A stretch of 63,674 nt of DNA, counting the filler, from Licmophora abbreviata (Eukaryota), in assembly GCA_900291995.1 (NCBI GenBank). It is 13 parts of 13 records of this genome, joined end to end, with 100 filler letters (N's around TTAATTAATTAA, not from the genome) between each part and the next. Parts side by side here need not be neighbours in the genome. Positions count along the whole stretch, not along the records: positions 47,985 to 59,872 come from OLMU01002853.1; positions 59,973 to 62,155 come from OLMU01002854.1; 11 more parts are not named here. One strand, written 5' to 3'. This document shows, in pieces, positions 51,495 through 61,852 of the stretch. Below the pieces are notes generated by a model. That model was not told the DNA's origin. It searched no databases and saw nothing but the letters and a program-made list of their open reading frames with translations. How positions within the stretch are numbered: position 1 is the stretch's first letter; the number at the start of each line of letters is the position of its first letter. Position numbers and translations under genes: made by a program.

Positions 51495-52761
51495 TCTCTG
51501 CCTCCCCGTTTTCCTTCACCCACCATGTCTGGATGCAGTTGTTGTGATAGATCGAGTTCTCGCCGCGAATTTCGCGCAGCTGGTCCTTGGTGGGCTGGAC
51601 ATACCCGGTCTCGTCATGGGCGCGCGACTGAAGCAGCATTTCGCTGCCGTCCCAGTCGATCTCGAGATAGAAGCGCGACAGCGCCTTGGTCTGGCCTTCT
51701 GCTGCCAGACGCGCCTGCGTCCAGTTCTTGCCGCCATCGGTGGACACATCCACGCGGGTGATCGCACCCTGACCCGACCAGGCCAGGCCGGTGATGACCA
51801 GTGGGCCGGGGCCATGGGTGATCGGCGATTGCGGGCTGGGGCTGGTGACCACCGATTTGGCGTCCATCACCCAAGTCCACTTTCGGCTCGTGCCATCAGC
51901 CAGCGTGTCGGTATATTTGCTGGTTTCCTCGCGGCTTTCCACGGGTCCATCCATGACCTCGATGCGGCGCAGCCACTTGACCCACATGTTGCCTTCCCAG
52001 CCCGGCACGACCAGACGTACGGGATAGCCGTGTTCCTTGCGCAGCGCCTCGCCGTTGGCCTTGAAGGCCACCAGAACATCGTCCAGCGCCTTGTCCATCG
52101 GGATCGAGCGACCGTTCGACGATGCATCCGCACCCTCGACATACACCCACTTGTCCGACAGATCGCCCGTGGTTTCCATGCCCGCTTCGGTCAGCAGCGT
52201 GCGCAGCGACACCCCGGAATATTCCATGTTGTGGATCATGCCATGGGTGAATTGCGCACCATTGAGCTGCGCACCGGCCCATTCCATGCCGGTATTGGCG
52301 GCACATTCGCAGAAATACACGTGGTTTTCGCGCGGGAAGCGTTCCAGGTCGGCATAGGTGAAGATCATCGGCTTATCGACAAGCCCGTTGATCATCAGCC
52401 GGTAATCTTCTTTCTTCAGCTCGATCGCGCCCGAATGGTGCCGCTCGAAGGCGCAGCCCTGCGGGGTGATCGTGCCATCCAGCGCATGGATCGGCGTGAA
52501 GTTGATCGAGCTGATCGTGTCCGCCGTCAGCCATTCCACGTTGCGGCGCACCACATCGCTCTCGAATTGGATCGGCAGGCCGTAAGGCGTGGCATCGACG
52601 CCCTCACCCAAGCCGCTGGCCCATTCCTGAACTTCGGTAATCAGCGGGTCCGGCTCGGCGGCGCGGGCCATTCCGGCCCCGGCCACCGCACTCCCGGCGG
52701 CAACCGCGCCCTTCAGGAACGCGCGGCGCGAGGCGCCCTTCTTGTCGTTGTCGGCTGTCAT
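51478..52761 (-). CDS. soxC: Sulfane dehydrogenase molybdoprotein SoxC
   Basis: Tat SRRAFL, FERHHSG, ECAAN Moco Cys, HGYPVRL, YHNN. Confidence 0.96.
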   Translation of the reverse strand: MTADNDKKGASRRAFLKGAVAAGSAVAGAGMARAAEPDPLITEVQEWASGLGEGVDATPYGLPIQFESDVVRRNVEWLTADTISSINFTPIHALDGTITPQGCAFERHHSGAIELKKEDYRLMINGLVDKPMIFTYADLERFPRENHVYFCECAANTGMEWAGAQLNGAQFTHGMIHNMEYSGVSLRTLLTEAGMETTGDLSDKWVYVEGADASSNGRSIPMDKALDDVLVAFKANGEALRKEHGYPVRLVVPGWEGNMWVKWLRRIEVMDGPVESREETSKYTDTLADGTSRKWTWVMDAKSVVTSPSPQSPITHGPGPLVITGLAWSGQGAITRVDVSTDGGKNWTQARLAAEGQTKALSRFYLEIDWDGSEMLLQSRAHDETGYVQPTKDQLREIRGENSIYHNNCIQTWWVKENGEAENVEVS

Positions 52762-52790
52762 CTGTCCTAAGCCTCCTCTTCCAACATCAT

Positions 52791-52806
52791 ATTCATCTAC
52801 GTGAAT
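52791..52806. promoter_or_regulatory. SoxR/SqrR-type box upstream of soxC
   Basis: ATTC-ATCTACGT-GAAT (ATTC-N8-GAAT). Confidence 0.6.
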
Positions 52807-52846
52807 GTGATGAATACAGGATATCTGTCAAAAGGTCGCGGCGCGC

Positions 52847-54544
52847 TCAGACGCCGCTCACCTTCACGCTCGTGTTGGGCTCCAGCGACACGGTGCCCTT
52901 CTTGCGGATATGGCTTTCGACCACATCCCAGATCTGCGGGCCTTCGGTGGCCTCGTTCACGCTGGCCCATCCGGCGACCACATAACTGCGCGCGGGGTCG
53001 ATCGGCTCACCGGTGCTCAGAAGGGTCATGTCCGAAATACGCTCGCCTTGCGGTTTGGAGACGTCGATCGAATAGCCCATGCCGCCGATCCGCACCATGT
53101 CGCCGCCCTGCTGGTAATAGGGGTCCGGGTTGAAGATGTTGTCGCCCACATCCTCGAGGATCACCTTGATGAATTCGCCCGTCATCTCGCTGCGATAGGC
53201 TTTGCCATAGGTCATCGAGGTGACGTTCCAGATGTCGTCGCGGGTGATGTCGTCGCCGGGGATCAGGCTCGGACCCCACCGCACGCCGGGGCTCATGGCG
53301 ATCTCGGCATCGCGCTCGCTCAGCAGCGCGTCGCAGATCAGATCATCCCACGATCCGTTGAAATTGCCGCGACGATAGAGCAGCGTATCGGTCTGGCCGA
53401 TCACCTCGTCCAGCTCGGCCTGATAGGGCGCGCGCTGTTCGTCGATCAAGGCGGCCATTTCGGCATCCGGCTCGATCACATCGCTGAAGATCGGGATCAG
53501 CTTGTGGCGGAAGCCCATCATCTGCCCGTCGCGGACATCCAGATCCACGCGGCTGACGAATTTGCCATTCGATCCTGACGCGATGATGATCGTGTCGCCG
53601 ACCAGAACCGGCTCGGGCAGCGCGTCGTGGGTGTGACCCGACAGGATCACGTCAATCCCGCTGACGACGCTGGCCATCTTCTTGTCGACGTCAAAGCCGT
53701 TATGGCTCAGGCAGACAACCAGCTCGGCGCCCTCTGCGCGCACCTCGTCGACCATCTGCTGCATGTGCTCGTCGCGGATGCCGAAGCTGTAATCGGGGAA
53801 CATCCAGCCCGGATTGGCGATCGGCATATAGGGGAAGGCCTGACCGATCACCGCGATCTTCACGCCGCCACGTTCGTAGAACTCATAGGGTTTGAACTCC
53901 TGCGCGGGCTCGTCCCATGTGGCGTCGAAAATATTCTGGCCAAGCGCATCGAAGGGCAGCCCCTCGACCAGCTCGCGCACCCGGTCCTGACCAAGCGTGA
54001 ATTCCCAGTGGAAGGTCATCGCGTCGGGCTTGAGCGCGTTCATCACATTGACCATGTCCTGCCCGTTGGTGTGATAGCAGGTATACGAGCCATGCCATGT
54101 ATCGCCGCCATCCAGCAGCAGCGCGTCGGGGCGCGCAGCGCGGATCGCCTTGACCACCGTAGCCACCCGGTCCAGCCCGCCGACCCGGCCGTATTCCTTG
54201 GCCAGCGCGGAGAAATCATTATAGGTCAACGCGTAATGGCTGGGGCTGCCATCGTCGATCCCATAGAGCTTGCGGAAATCGGCGCCGGTGACATGCGGCA
54301 CCTCGCCCTTGTTCGGTCCGACGCCGATATTGATCTCCGGCTCGCGGAAATAGATTGGCTTCAACTGCGCGTGAATGTCGGTGATATGGATCAAGCTGAC
54401 ATTGCCAAACGTGTCGAATTCGAGCAGTTGGTCCTGTGTCAGCGCCTGTTGCGCTGCAAGTTTCGCCCAGTTGCCGAAACCGCTTGCACCATAAAGCGCC
54501 GAGGCCGCCATGCTGACCTGAAGAAAATCGCGACGAGAGATCAT
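52847..54544 (-). CDS. soxB: Thiosulfohydrolase SoxB
   Basis: Tat SRRDFL, TDIHAQ, DGGDTWHGS, HWEF, SHNG, GHTHD, YQQGGDMVR. Confidence 0.98.
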   Translation of the reverse strand: MISRRDFLQVSMAASALYGASGFGNWAKLAAQQALTQDQLLEFDTFGNVSLIHITDIHAQLKPIYFREPEINIGVGPNKGEVPHVTGADFRKLYGIDDGSPSHYALTYNDFSALAKEYGRVGGLDRVATVVKAIRAARPDALLLDGGDTWHGSYTCYHTNGQDMVNVMNALKPDAMTFHWEFTLGQDRVRELVEGLPFDALGQNIFDATWDEPAQEFKPYEFYERGGVKIAVIGQAFPYMPIANPGWMFPDYSFGIRDEHMQQMVDEVRAEGAELVVCLSHNGFDVDKKMASVVSGIDVILSGHTHDALPEPVLVGDTIIIASGSNGKFVSRVDLDVRDGQMMGFRHKLIPIFSDVIEPDAEMAALIDEQRAPYQAELDEVIGQTDTLLYRRGNFNGSWDDLICDALLSERDAEIAMSPGVRWGPSLIPGDDITRDDIWNVTSMTYGKAYRSEMTGEFIKVILEDVGDNIFNPDPYYQQGGDMVRIGGMGYSIDVSKPQGERISDMTLLSTGEPIDPARSYVVAGWASVNEATEGPQIWDVVESHIRKKGTVSLEPNTSVKVSGV

Positions 54545-54682
54545 TTGCGTCTCCGAGTGGTTATAGTTCTACTGTTCCGCTCCGGCGATCCGGCAGCGGC
54601 TCTGGCCGAAACACCAGGGATTTCAATGTCATGCAGGCAGCTTAGGGACCGGGGCGATCACGCCGCCCCGGCCCGGATCACA

Positions 54683-55537
54683 TCAGTTGCGCACCGAGGG
54701 TCCCTCGACGGACAGGCCGTTGCCGCGGCTGGCCACATACAGTTCCAGTGCGACGAATTCCTCGCTGCCCGGGTTGAACGTATGCGCGCGCGTATCGCGG
54801 ATGCAGCCCTTGAAACGGCCATGCACGGTATTCAGCTTGGCGTTTTTCAGACGATAGGTCGGAAACCCGTTGATCTGCCCCTGGCTCAGGTGGTCGGCGC
54901 GGATCATGTTGCCGTAGTTGTCTTCGTGGCAATTGGCGCAGCTGAGTTCCAGCTGTCCATAACGGGTATAGTACATTTCCTTACCCTTGGCCCAAGCGTC
55001 GGCCGCAGGTCCGTCGATCGCCACATTGACCGGCATGCCGCGCGACTGCAATGTGATCAGCGCTTCCATGTTCACCATGGGGCCGCTGTCATACTTGTAG
55101 GGCTCGGCGCCCATATTGGTCTCGCGGCAATCGTTGATCTGCATGGCGATGGTCTGCACTTCGCCGGCCTTTTCATCCCACTTGGGATAAACGGCCCGCA
55201 CACCCTTCAGGCTCGACGGATCTTCGTGGCACGTCGCGCAGGAATTGCCCTCGGTGCCTTCGACGGTGTTCCACTGCTCCAGAGCGGCATCGACGAAGAT
55301 CATGCCCGGATTGTCGAAATCGTCCATTTCCAGGGCTTGCGTTTCGTCCGAACGGAAATGCCAGCCAGACATGATCTGGTCCATATTGACATCTTCCATA
55401 TGCGCGGGCAGCGGTGCCTTGGTCACAAGCTCGGTTTCACCATTGATGATCAGCGTGTCATCATCCGGATCCGCGAGGCTAACGCCCGGCAGGGTCAGCA
55501 TCAGGGCCGCCACTGCTGTCATTGACTTGAAATTCAT
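54683..55537 (-). CDS. soxA: Diheme SoxA
   Basis: CATCH, CANCH, FPTYRLK, RFKGCIR, EGPSVRN. Confidence 0.97.
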   Translation of the reverse strand: MNFKSMTAVAALMLTLPGVSLADPDDDTLIINGETELVTKAPLPAHMEDVNMDQIMSGWHFRSDETQALEMDDFDNPGMIFVDAALEQWNTVEGTEGNSCATCHEDPSSLKGVRAVYPKWDEKAGEVQTIAMQINDCRETNMGAEPYKYDSGPMVNMEALITLQSRGMPVNVAIDGPAADAWAKGKEMYYTRYGQLELSCANCHEDNYGNMIRADHLSQGQINGFPTYRLKNAKLNTVHGRFKGCIRDTRAHTFNPGSEEFVALELYVASRGNGLSVEGPSVRN

Positions 55538-55611
55538 GCGTTTCCTCCCTTGAGCGGCCCTGCCAGCCCCGTATCGGGACATGGCAGGACGCCCATCATT
55601 TTCTTGGTCAA

Positions 55612-55941
55612 TCAGGCGACGGAAACCGCCTGCTTGTCTTCATAGACCGAGCCGTCATCGTCATACCAAGTGAACACGAATTCACCGGCTTGCGGGACGG
55701 TGGCCTCGAACTCGAAATAGGGGTTGGTCGAGATCGCCGGCTCCATCGTGACGTCAATCACCATCTCACCGCCGAATTCGCAGGTGAAACGATTGATGAT
55801 CGAACGCGGAATGGGATTTCCGTCGCTGTCCTTGCGCTGACCCGATTCCATCTTGTGGCTAATCAGGGTCTTGAGAACCACAACCTCACCAGCCGAAGCC
55901 GATTTCGGAGCTTTCACGCGGGGGCGTACACCTTCTGCCAT
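55612..55941 (-). CDS. soxZ: SoxZ
   Basis: ISHKMESGQRKD, AISTNPY, WYDDDG. Confidence 0.97.
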   Translation of the reverse strand: MAEGVRPRVKAPKSASAGEVVVLKTLISHKMESGQRKDSDGNPIPRSIINRFTCEFGGEMVIDVTMEPAISTNPYFEFEATVPQAGEFVFTWYDDDGSVYEDKQAVSVA

Positions 55942-55966
55942 CTGTCTGTCTCCTTCTCGAGTTCGC

Positions 55967-56392
55967 TCAGCCGCCGCAGCCGCCGATGGTGACTTTCACG
56001 TTCTTCTGCGACTTGGCAAAGCTGCCATCAGCCATCTTCGCCACAGCAATCACGTCCTGCGTGCCAGCCAGACGAATGCGCGTCTTAGCCGTCTGCGCCC
56101 CGGCCAGTGGGCCGAAATTGAACGTCGCAACGCCGGGCGTGGGGTTGCCGGCTGCCAGAACCATGATCGCCGTCGCGCCTTCGGCGCTGACTTCGATCGG
56201 CACGGTGTTGCCGTTTTCCGCAATCTCGGGCGCATCCAGTGTAACGCCGGAATCGCCAACGGCCGCGCCGCCTGTGAATGCGTTGATTGCGTCATCCACG
56301 GCCGAGGCCATGGCGGGCATCGGAAGGGCGACGGCAACCGCCGTTGCGCCACCGATGACCAGGGTTTCGCGTCGTGTGAAATCCATATTCAT
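55967..56392 (-). CDS. soxY: Sulfur carrier SoxY
   Basis: Tat TRRE, APEIAENG, C-terminal VKVTIGGCGG. Confidence 0.98.
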   Translation of the reverse strand: MNMDFTRRETLVIGGATAVAVALPMPAMASAVDDAINAFTGGAAVGDSGVTLDAPEIAENGNTVPIEVSAEGATAIMVLAAGNPTPGVATFNFGPLAGAQTAKTRIRLAGTQDVIAVAKMADGSFAKSQKNVKVTIGGCGG

Positions 56393-56411
56393 CTCCTTGG
56401 ATAAAAGGTCA

Positions 56412-56888
56412 CTAGTCCTTGAGGGTCACAAGGAACGCGACCACATCTTCGATCTGCTGGGCCGTCAGCAACGGATCCAGCGGGCCTTCTGCCGCTTTGC
56501 CCGTGTAGGCATTGCCTACACGAATGAAATCATCAACCCGGTAGTAGGACGGCATCATCGTGCCGGGATAGGTCTTCTTGGCGTCACTCACGATGCCGCG
56601 AAGTTCGGCCTCGTTCCAGCGATCGCCAACACCGTCCAGCATCGGACCGATATTGCCCTGAAAGGGAACATCCGGCAGCGCCGATATCTGGTGACACGCC
56701 ACGCAATTGCCAAGCGACCGCTTGCTCAGAACCTCGGCGCCCTTTGCAGGATCACCGGCCTCACCCGTCAGTGACGCGGTAACGGCACCGTAGTCGTCGT
56801 ACTGGACATCTCCCGGTGCGACTGGTTCGGCAAACGCGGACCCGGCGGCAAGTACGCTTGCGGCCAGAATTGTAGTTGAAAGCTTCAT
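56412..56888 (-). CDS. soxX: Monoheme SoxX
   Basis: GNCVACH, GNIGP.L, TMMPSYY; GGAGGAG SD before ATG 56888. Confidence 0.96.
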   Translation of the reverse strand: MKLSTTILAASVLAAGSAFAEPVAPGDVQYDDYGAVTASLTGEAGDPAKGAEVLSKRSLGNCVACHQISALPDVPFQGNIGPMLDGVGDRWNEAELRGIVSDAKKTYPGTMMPSYYRVDDFIRVGNAYTGKAAEGPLDPLLTAQQIEDVVAFLVTLKD

Positions 56889-56968
56889 GTCTCCTCCCAT
56901 GGCTACCGTATTCTCCGATTGGATAGCTCGGTATACAATAGGCCACCACCCGCCCGTCACGCAACAAC

Positions 56969-56988
56969 AAATTCACAATTGTGAATTT
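56969..56988. promoter_or_regulatory. SoxR operator in the soxW-soxX intergenic region
   Basis: Perfect 20-bp palindrome AAATTCACAATTGTGAATTT containing ATTC-N8-GAAT. Confidence 0.8.
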
Positions 56989-57024
56989 TTAGCCTCCAAG
57001 CCATGCCCGCGCCAACCATTGCGC

Positions 57025-57606
57025 TCAGTTCTGCCCCGCGGCCCGTTCCTGAATGCGGCGGGCGTGGTAACGCTGAAAATCTTCTTCGTTTTCGAGCGCA
57101 TAGCGCTTTTCGTTGACCCAGGTGTACATATCGAGCGTGGTGCCCTTCTGGAACGCTCCCGGCATGATCGCCACCGCCGCGTCCTTGGCCGAACTCCCCT
57201 CGGGCACCTCTTCGGGCAGGAAAATCACGGTCGGCGTGAACAGGATCCCCCATTTGCGCAGCATGTCTTTTTCAGACAGCGATTCTCCGTCGAAATCGGT
57301 CACCTCACGGTCGCCATGCAGATTGAGCTGCACCACAACATAATTCTCCGAAATGTAGCTCGAGATTTCGGGACTCGGATACACCTCCTCGTGCATCTTC
57401 TTGCAATAGATACAGCCGCGCTGCTCGATCATCACCGCCATGCGCTTGCCCTCGGCAGTCACCTCCTCCAGATCATCCCGCAGATAAAGGAAGGTATCGC
57501 GCATCCACGAAGCCTTGTGCAGCCCGTCATCGCCCACTTCGGCAGCCGATGCCGGCGCTGCCAGACCGCTCAACGCCAAGACCAGCGCCAGTGCGTAGTG
57601 TTTCAT
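57025..57606 (-). CDS. soxW: Periplasmic thioredoxin SoxW
   Basis: Signal peptide, EQRGCIYC, FTPT. Confidence 0.93.
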   Translation of the reverse strand: MKHYALALVLALSGLAAPASAAEVGDDGLHKASWMRDTFLYLRDDLEEVTAEGKRMAVMIEQRGCIYCKKMHEEVYPSPEISSYISENYVVVQLNLHGDREVTDFDGESLSEKDMLRKWGILFTPTVIFLPEEVPEGSSAKDAAVAIMPGAFQKGTTLDMYTWVNEKRYALENEEDFQRYHARRIQERAAGQN

Positions 57607-57637
57607 TCCGTCCTCCCTTGGTTGCGTATCGGTCCCG

Positions 57638-58375
57638 TCAGCCCAGTGACTGAAAGCTCGGGAACCACTCGATCATGACATTTGCAATGATGTTCACGGC
57701 GTTGGTGGCGATCAGGATCGCGAACACGATCAGCATGGCGCCCATCACCTTTTCCACATAGGCCATGTATTTCCGCTTGCTCTGGATCCAGGCCAGAAAC
57801 GGCCGCGCGAAAAACGCCGCGACCACGAAAGGCGCAGTCATCGCCAGACCGTAGACCATCAGCAGCGCCGCCCCTTCCGTCAGGCTGCCCATACCGCTCG
57901 CCACCATCAGGATCGCTGCCAGCGCCGGCCCCACGCAGGGTGTCCAGCCAAACCCGAAGGCCAGCCCCATGACATAGGCGCCAATCACCGTTGTCGGCTC
58001 GGCGGTGCTTTCCATGCGCGCTTCGCGATACAAGAGCGGTATCCGCACCACTCCCAGAAAATGCAGCCCGAAGAGCGCCAGAATCCCCGCCGCCACATAG
58101 CTCAGCGGCTCTCGCCACTGCGCAAAGGCCTGACCAAGCGCCGTGGCTCCCATTCCCAGCAGTACGAAAATCGTCGTCACGCCCAGTGCGAACATCACCG
58201 CCGAGATCACCAGCCGTTTCTGCGCACCCGTCGCGATTGCGCCATCGCCGCGCAATTCGGTCATCGACAGCCCCGCCATATAGCACAGGTAAAACGGCAC
58301 CATCGGCAGGATACATGGCGTGAAGAAAGACAAAAGCCCCGCAAGTGCTGCGCCTGCATAGGAAATATCAAGCAT
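57638..58375 (-). CDS. soxV: CcdA-like membrane protein SoxV
   Basis: SFFTPCILP and FGWTPCVGP. Confidence 0.94.
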   Translation of the reverse strand: MLDISYAGAALAGLLSFFTPCILPMVPFYLCYMAGLSMTELRGDGAIATGAQKRLVISAVMFALGVTTIFVLLGMGATALGQAFAQWREPLSYVAAGILALFGLHFLGVVRIPLLYREARMESTAEPTTVIGAYVMGLAFGFGWTPCVGPALAAILMVASGMGSLTEGAALLMVYGLAMTAPFVVAAFFARPFLAWIQSKRKYMAYVEKVMGAMLIVFAILIATNAVNIIANVMIEWFPSFQSLG

Positions 58376-58399
58376 CCGCGAAGCCTCTTGTTGAAATGA

Positions 58400-58423
58400 C
58401 ATATTCAAATTAAGTTGTATATG
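58400..58423. promoter_or_regulatory. Probable SoxR operator between divergent soxV and soxS
   Basis: CATATTCAA-N6-TTGTATATG (8/9 inverted arms), AT-rich. Confidence 0.6.
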
Positions 58424-58439
58424 CATACAACGTCAATCG

Positions 58440-58829
58440 GTGTTCACAATGATCGCTCGCCTCGTCGCAACTATCCTTGCCTGCCTATGGCTTGTGCAGG
58501 CAGCCGCAGCGCAGACGATCGAGCTGGTGATGGTGGAGCAAGCCGGGTGCTATCACTGCACCGAATGGAAAAAGACCATCGGTCCGATCTATCCCAAAAC
58601 ACCCGAAGGCGCCTATGCGCCGCTGCGCATGGTATCACGCGCCGACGCACCGCCCCCGGGCGTGACATTCGCCCGCCCAGTTAACTTCACCCCGACATTC
58701 ATTCTTGTCGAAAACGGGCAGGAATTGGCCCGTATCGAAGGCCATCCCGGAGAAGATTTCTTCTGGGGCCTGCTCGACATGATGCTGCGTCAAAATACCG
58801 ATTTTGCAGACCCGGTGAAAACGAACTAA
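58440..58829 (+). CDS. soxS: Periplasmic thioredoxin SoxS
   Basis: MVEQAGCYHC..W, FTPTF, RIEGHPGEDFFW. Confidence 0.92.
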   Translation: MFTMIARLVATILACLWLVQAAAAQTIELVMVEQAGCYHCTEWKKTIGPIYPKTPEGAYAPLRMVSRADAPPPGVTFARPVNFTPTFILVENGQELARIEGHPGEDFFWGLLDMMLRQNTDFADPVKTN

Positions 58830-58869
58830 ATAACGCCGAGCGCGCAGGGCTGGTTGCCCGTTAAAGAGA

Positions 58870-59238
58870 ATGGAACTCCGAACGATGGCTCTTCCGGTGT
58901 TTGACAACTCCCTCAGCGAAGCTGAAATGGACCGCATGGTCGAGAATGCGACCAACGCCTCCAACTTCCTCAAGGCAATCAGTCACGAAGGCCGGCTCAT
59001 GATCCTGTGCCATCTGGTGACAGGCGAAAAATCGGTGACCGAACTCGAAGACCTGCTGTCGGCGCGTCAGGCCGCCGTATCGCAGCAACTGTCGCGCTTG
59101 CGCCTCGAAGGGCTGGTGGTGCCTCGGCGCGACGGCAAGGCGATCTATTACCGTCTCGCCGACGAGCGTCCGCGCCGTGTACTTGAACTCGTCTATGAGT
59201 TATTCTGTGCTCAGGATGCGGGGTCCGCGCGGCCTTGA
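58870..59238 (+). CDS. soxR: ArsR-family persulfide-sensing repressor SoxR (BigR/SqrR-like)
   Basis: RLMILCHL and ELFC conserved Cys pair, VSQQLSRLR HTH. Confidence 0.92.
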   Translation: MELRTMALPVFDNSLSEAEMDRMVENATNASNFLKAISHEGRLMILCHLVTGEKSVTELEDLLSARQAAVSQQLSRLRLEGLVVPRRDGKAIYYRLADERPRRVLELVYELFCAQDAGSARP

Positions 59239-59274
59239 CGGGAAGGCACGCTTCCGCATCGGGAGGAACGCGCC

Positions 59275-60429
59275 ATGTATCAATTTCTAGGTGACAACAC
59301 GCTTGTGGCCCTGTTCGGGCTTGCCTCGGGTATCCTGCTCGGCCTTGCCGCGCGACTCGGGCGGTTCTGCACGATGGGAGCGATCGAGGACATGCTCTAT
59401 GGCGGCTCATCGCTGCGCATGAGGATGTGGATCCTTGCCATAGGTGTCGCGGTCATGGGCACCTTCGCGCTTTCGGGCGCGGGAATGATGGAGACCGAAC
59501 GCTCGTTCTATCTCTCGATCCAGTGGATGCCCCTCGCCTCGATCCTCGGCGGGCTGATGTTCGGCTACGGCATGGCTCTGGCTGGCAATTGCGGCTATGG
59601 CTGCATCGCCCGGCTTGGCGGTGGCGATTTCCGGGCCTTCGTGATCGTCGTGGTGATGGGCATATCGGCCTATGTGGTGCTGCATGGGCCGCTGGCCTAT
59701 CTGCGCAACTGGGCCTTCATGCAACAGGATGTAACCGGGCTGCCTCCCGGGCTGGTGCATCTGCTCTCCTCTCAGACAGGCCTGCCGCTCGCACCGCTCG
59801 GCATCGCCATCGGTGCGCTCATCACGCTTGGCGCCCTGTCGTCCCGAGACCTTATCAGCGCGCCGAAATCGANNNNNNNNNNNNNNNNNNNNNNNNNNNN
59901 NNNNNNNNNNNNNNNNTTAATTAATTAANNNNNNNNNNNNNNNNNNNNNNNNNNNNNNNNNNNNNNNNNNNNCTTCTGGGCCTGTATTGTGGGGCTGGCG
60001 ATCACCGGCGGATGGGCTGGCAGCTATTGGGTGGCGACCACCGGCTTTACGGCCATGCCCGTCGTCTCGCACAGCTTCTCGGCCCCGGTGGGTGAAACGC
60101 TGCTCTACTTCATGACCGCTTCGGCCCGGGCGCCGTCCTTTGCCGTGGGCTCGGTCGCGGGCGTGGCCACGGGCGCCTTCATCGGCTCGCTCATCAAGGG
60201 CCATTTCCGGTGGGAGGCCTGCGAGGACCCGCGCGAATTGCGCCGCCAGATGACCGGGGCCGCGATCATGGGCGCGGGCGCGGTGCTGGCGATGGGCTGC
60301 ACCGTGGGTCAGGGCCTGTCGGCGTTTTCCGTTCTGGCCTACTCGGCGCCGGTCACGTTCCTTGCGATCATCGCAGGCGCAGCCCTTGGCCTACGCCAAT
60401 TGATCGAAGGCTTCCAGCCCGCCGAGTGA
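59275..60429 (+). CDS. soxT: YeeE/YedE sulfur transporter SoxT (split by gap of about 1 nt)
   Basis: RFCTMGA, LAGNCGYG and AMGCTVGQG motifs; follows soxSR. Confidence 0.9.
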
Positions 60430-60481
60430 CACGCAGCCCAGCGCGTCAGCCCGTCAAGGGCTGACAAGCCCCCCAATCGGC

Positions 60482-61726
60482 TCAGACCTTTTCCTGCGTG
60501 TAAGCGCGCAGCTCGGCCCGCGCCACCTGCCGCCGATGCACCGCATCCGGGCCATCCGCCAGACGCAGGGTGCGCAGATGCGTCCACATCGTGGACAGCG
60601 GCACATCCTGACTGATGCCCTGCGCGCCGAACATCTGCACCGCCTCGTCCACCACCTTGAGCGCCATGCGGGGGGCGACCACCTTGATCTGGTGGATCCA
60701 GGGCGCGGCCGCCCGCGCATCGCCCTGATCCATCATCCACGCCGCCTTGAGGCACAGCAACCGCGCCTGTTCGATCTCCATGCGGCACTCCGCGATGATG
60801 TCGTAATTCGCGCCCAGTTGCGCCAGCGGCTTGCCGAACGCCTCGCGCGCCAGCGACCGGCGGCACATCAATTCAAGTGCCGCCTCCGCCTGACCGATCG
60901 CGCGCATGCAATGATGGATGCGCCCCGGTCCAAGCCGCCCCTGCGCGATCTCGAAGCCGCGCCCTTCGCCCAGCAACAGGTTCTCCACCGGGACGCGGAC
61001 ATTTGTGAAGCGGATATGCATATGCCCGTGCGGCGCGTCGTCATGGCCATAGACCTGCATGGGGCGCAGCTTTTCGATACCGGGGCTGTCGGCGGGCACC
61101 ACGATCATCGAATGGCGCTGATGCTTCGGCGCGCTGTCATCGCCGCTGCGCACCATGACGATATAGACCGCACAGCGCGGATCACCCGCCCCCGTGGCCC
61201 ACCACTTCTCGCCATTGAGGACATAGCCATCACCGTCCCGCACACAGGACATCGCGATGTTGGTGGCGTCCGAACTGGCGACATCCGGCTCGGTCATCAG
61301 GTAAGCCGACCGGATCTCCCCCTCCAGCAGCGGCGCCAGCCAGCGCGCTTTCATCTCGTCGGTGCCATACCGCTCGAACACCTCCATATTGCCGGTATCG
61401 GGCGCGTTGCAGTTGAACACCTCCGCCCCCATCGGCGTGCGGCCCATCTCTTCGGCGAAATAGGCATACTCCACCGTGCTCAGCCCATGACCCTTGTCGC
61501 TGCCCGTCAGCCAGAAGTTCCACAGCCCGCGCGCCTTGGCCTTGGCCTTCAACCCTTCGAGGATCTCCGCCTGCCGTGCGGTATACTGCCAGCGATCCCC
61601 CTTGCCGATCTCGGCGGCATACTCCGCCTCCAGCGGCATGATCTCGTCGCGGACCATGGCGCGCACCCGGCCCAGCAGCGCGCGGGTCTCGTCGCGCATC
61701 CCGAGGTTCATCTCCATCCCCTGCAT
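60482..61726 (-). CDS. Acyl-CoA dehydrogenase (ACAD10/11-like)
   Basis: NCNAPDTGNME, MTEPDVASSDATN, QGRLGPGRIHHCMR, LADGPDAVH. Confidence 0.95.
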   Translation of the reverse strand: MQGMEMNLGMRDETRALLGRVRAMVRDEIMPLEAEYAAEIGKGDRWQYTARQAEILEGLKAKAKARGLWNFWLTGSDKGHGLSTVEYAYFAEEMGRTPMGAEVFNCNAPDTGNMEVFERYGTDEMKARWLAPLLEGEIRSAYLMTEPDVASSDATNIAMSCVRDGDGYVLNGEKWWATGAGDPRCAVYIVMVRSGDDSAPKHQRHSMIVVPADSPGIEKLRPMQVYGHDDAPHGHMHIRFTNVRVPVENLLLGEGRGFEIAQGRLGPGRIHHCMRAIGQAEAALELMCRRSLAREAFGKPLAQLGANYDIIAECRMEIEQARLLCLKAAWMMDQGDARAAAPWIHQIKVVAPRMALKVVDEAVQMFGAQGISQDVPLSTMWTHLRTLRLADGPDAVHRRQVARAELRAYTQEKV

Positions 61727-61852
61727 CCTCCCTCATGTGCAGCGCCCCGCGCCGCGTCCCGCCAAGGGATAGCCGCCCCTCGCGCCAAGCGCCAGCCCTG
61801 CCCCCGGTTTCGCCCCCTTCCCTGCACGCCTCGGCGCGCTAGACTGAGCGCC

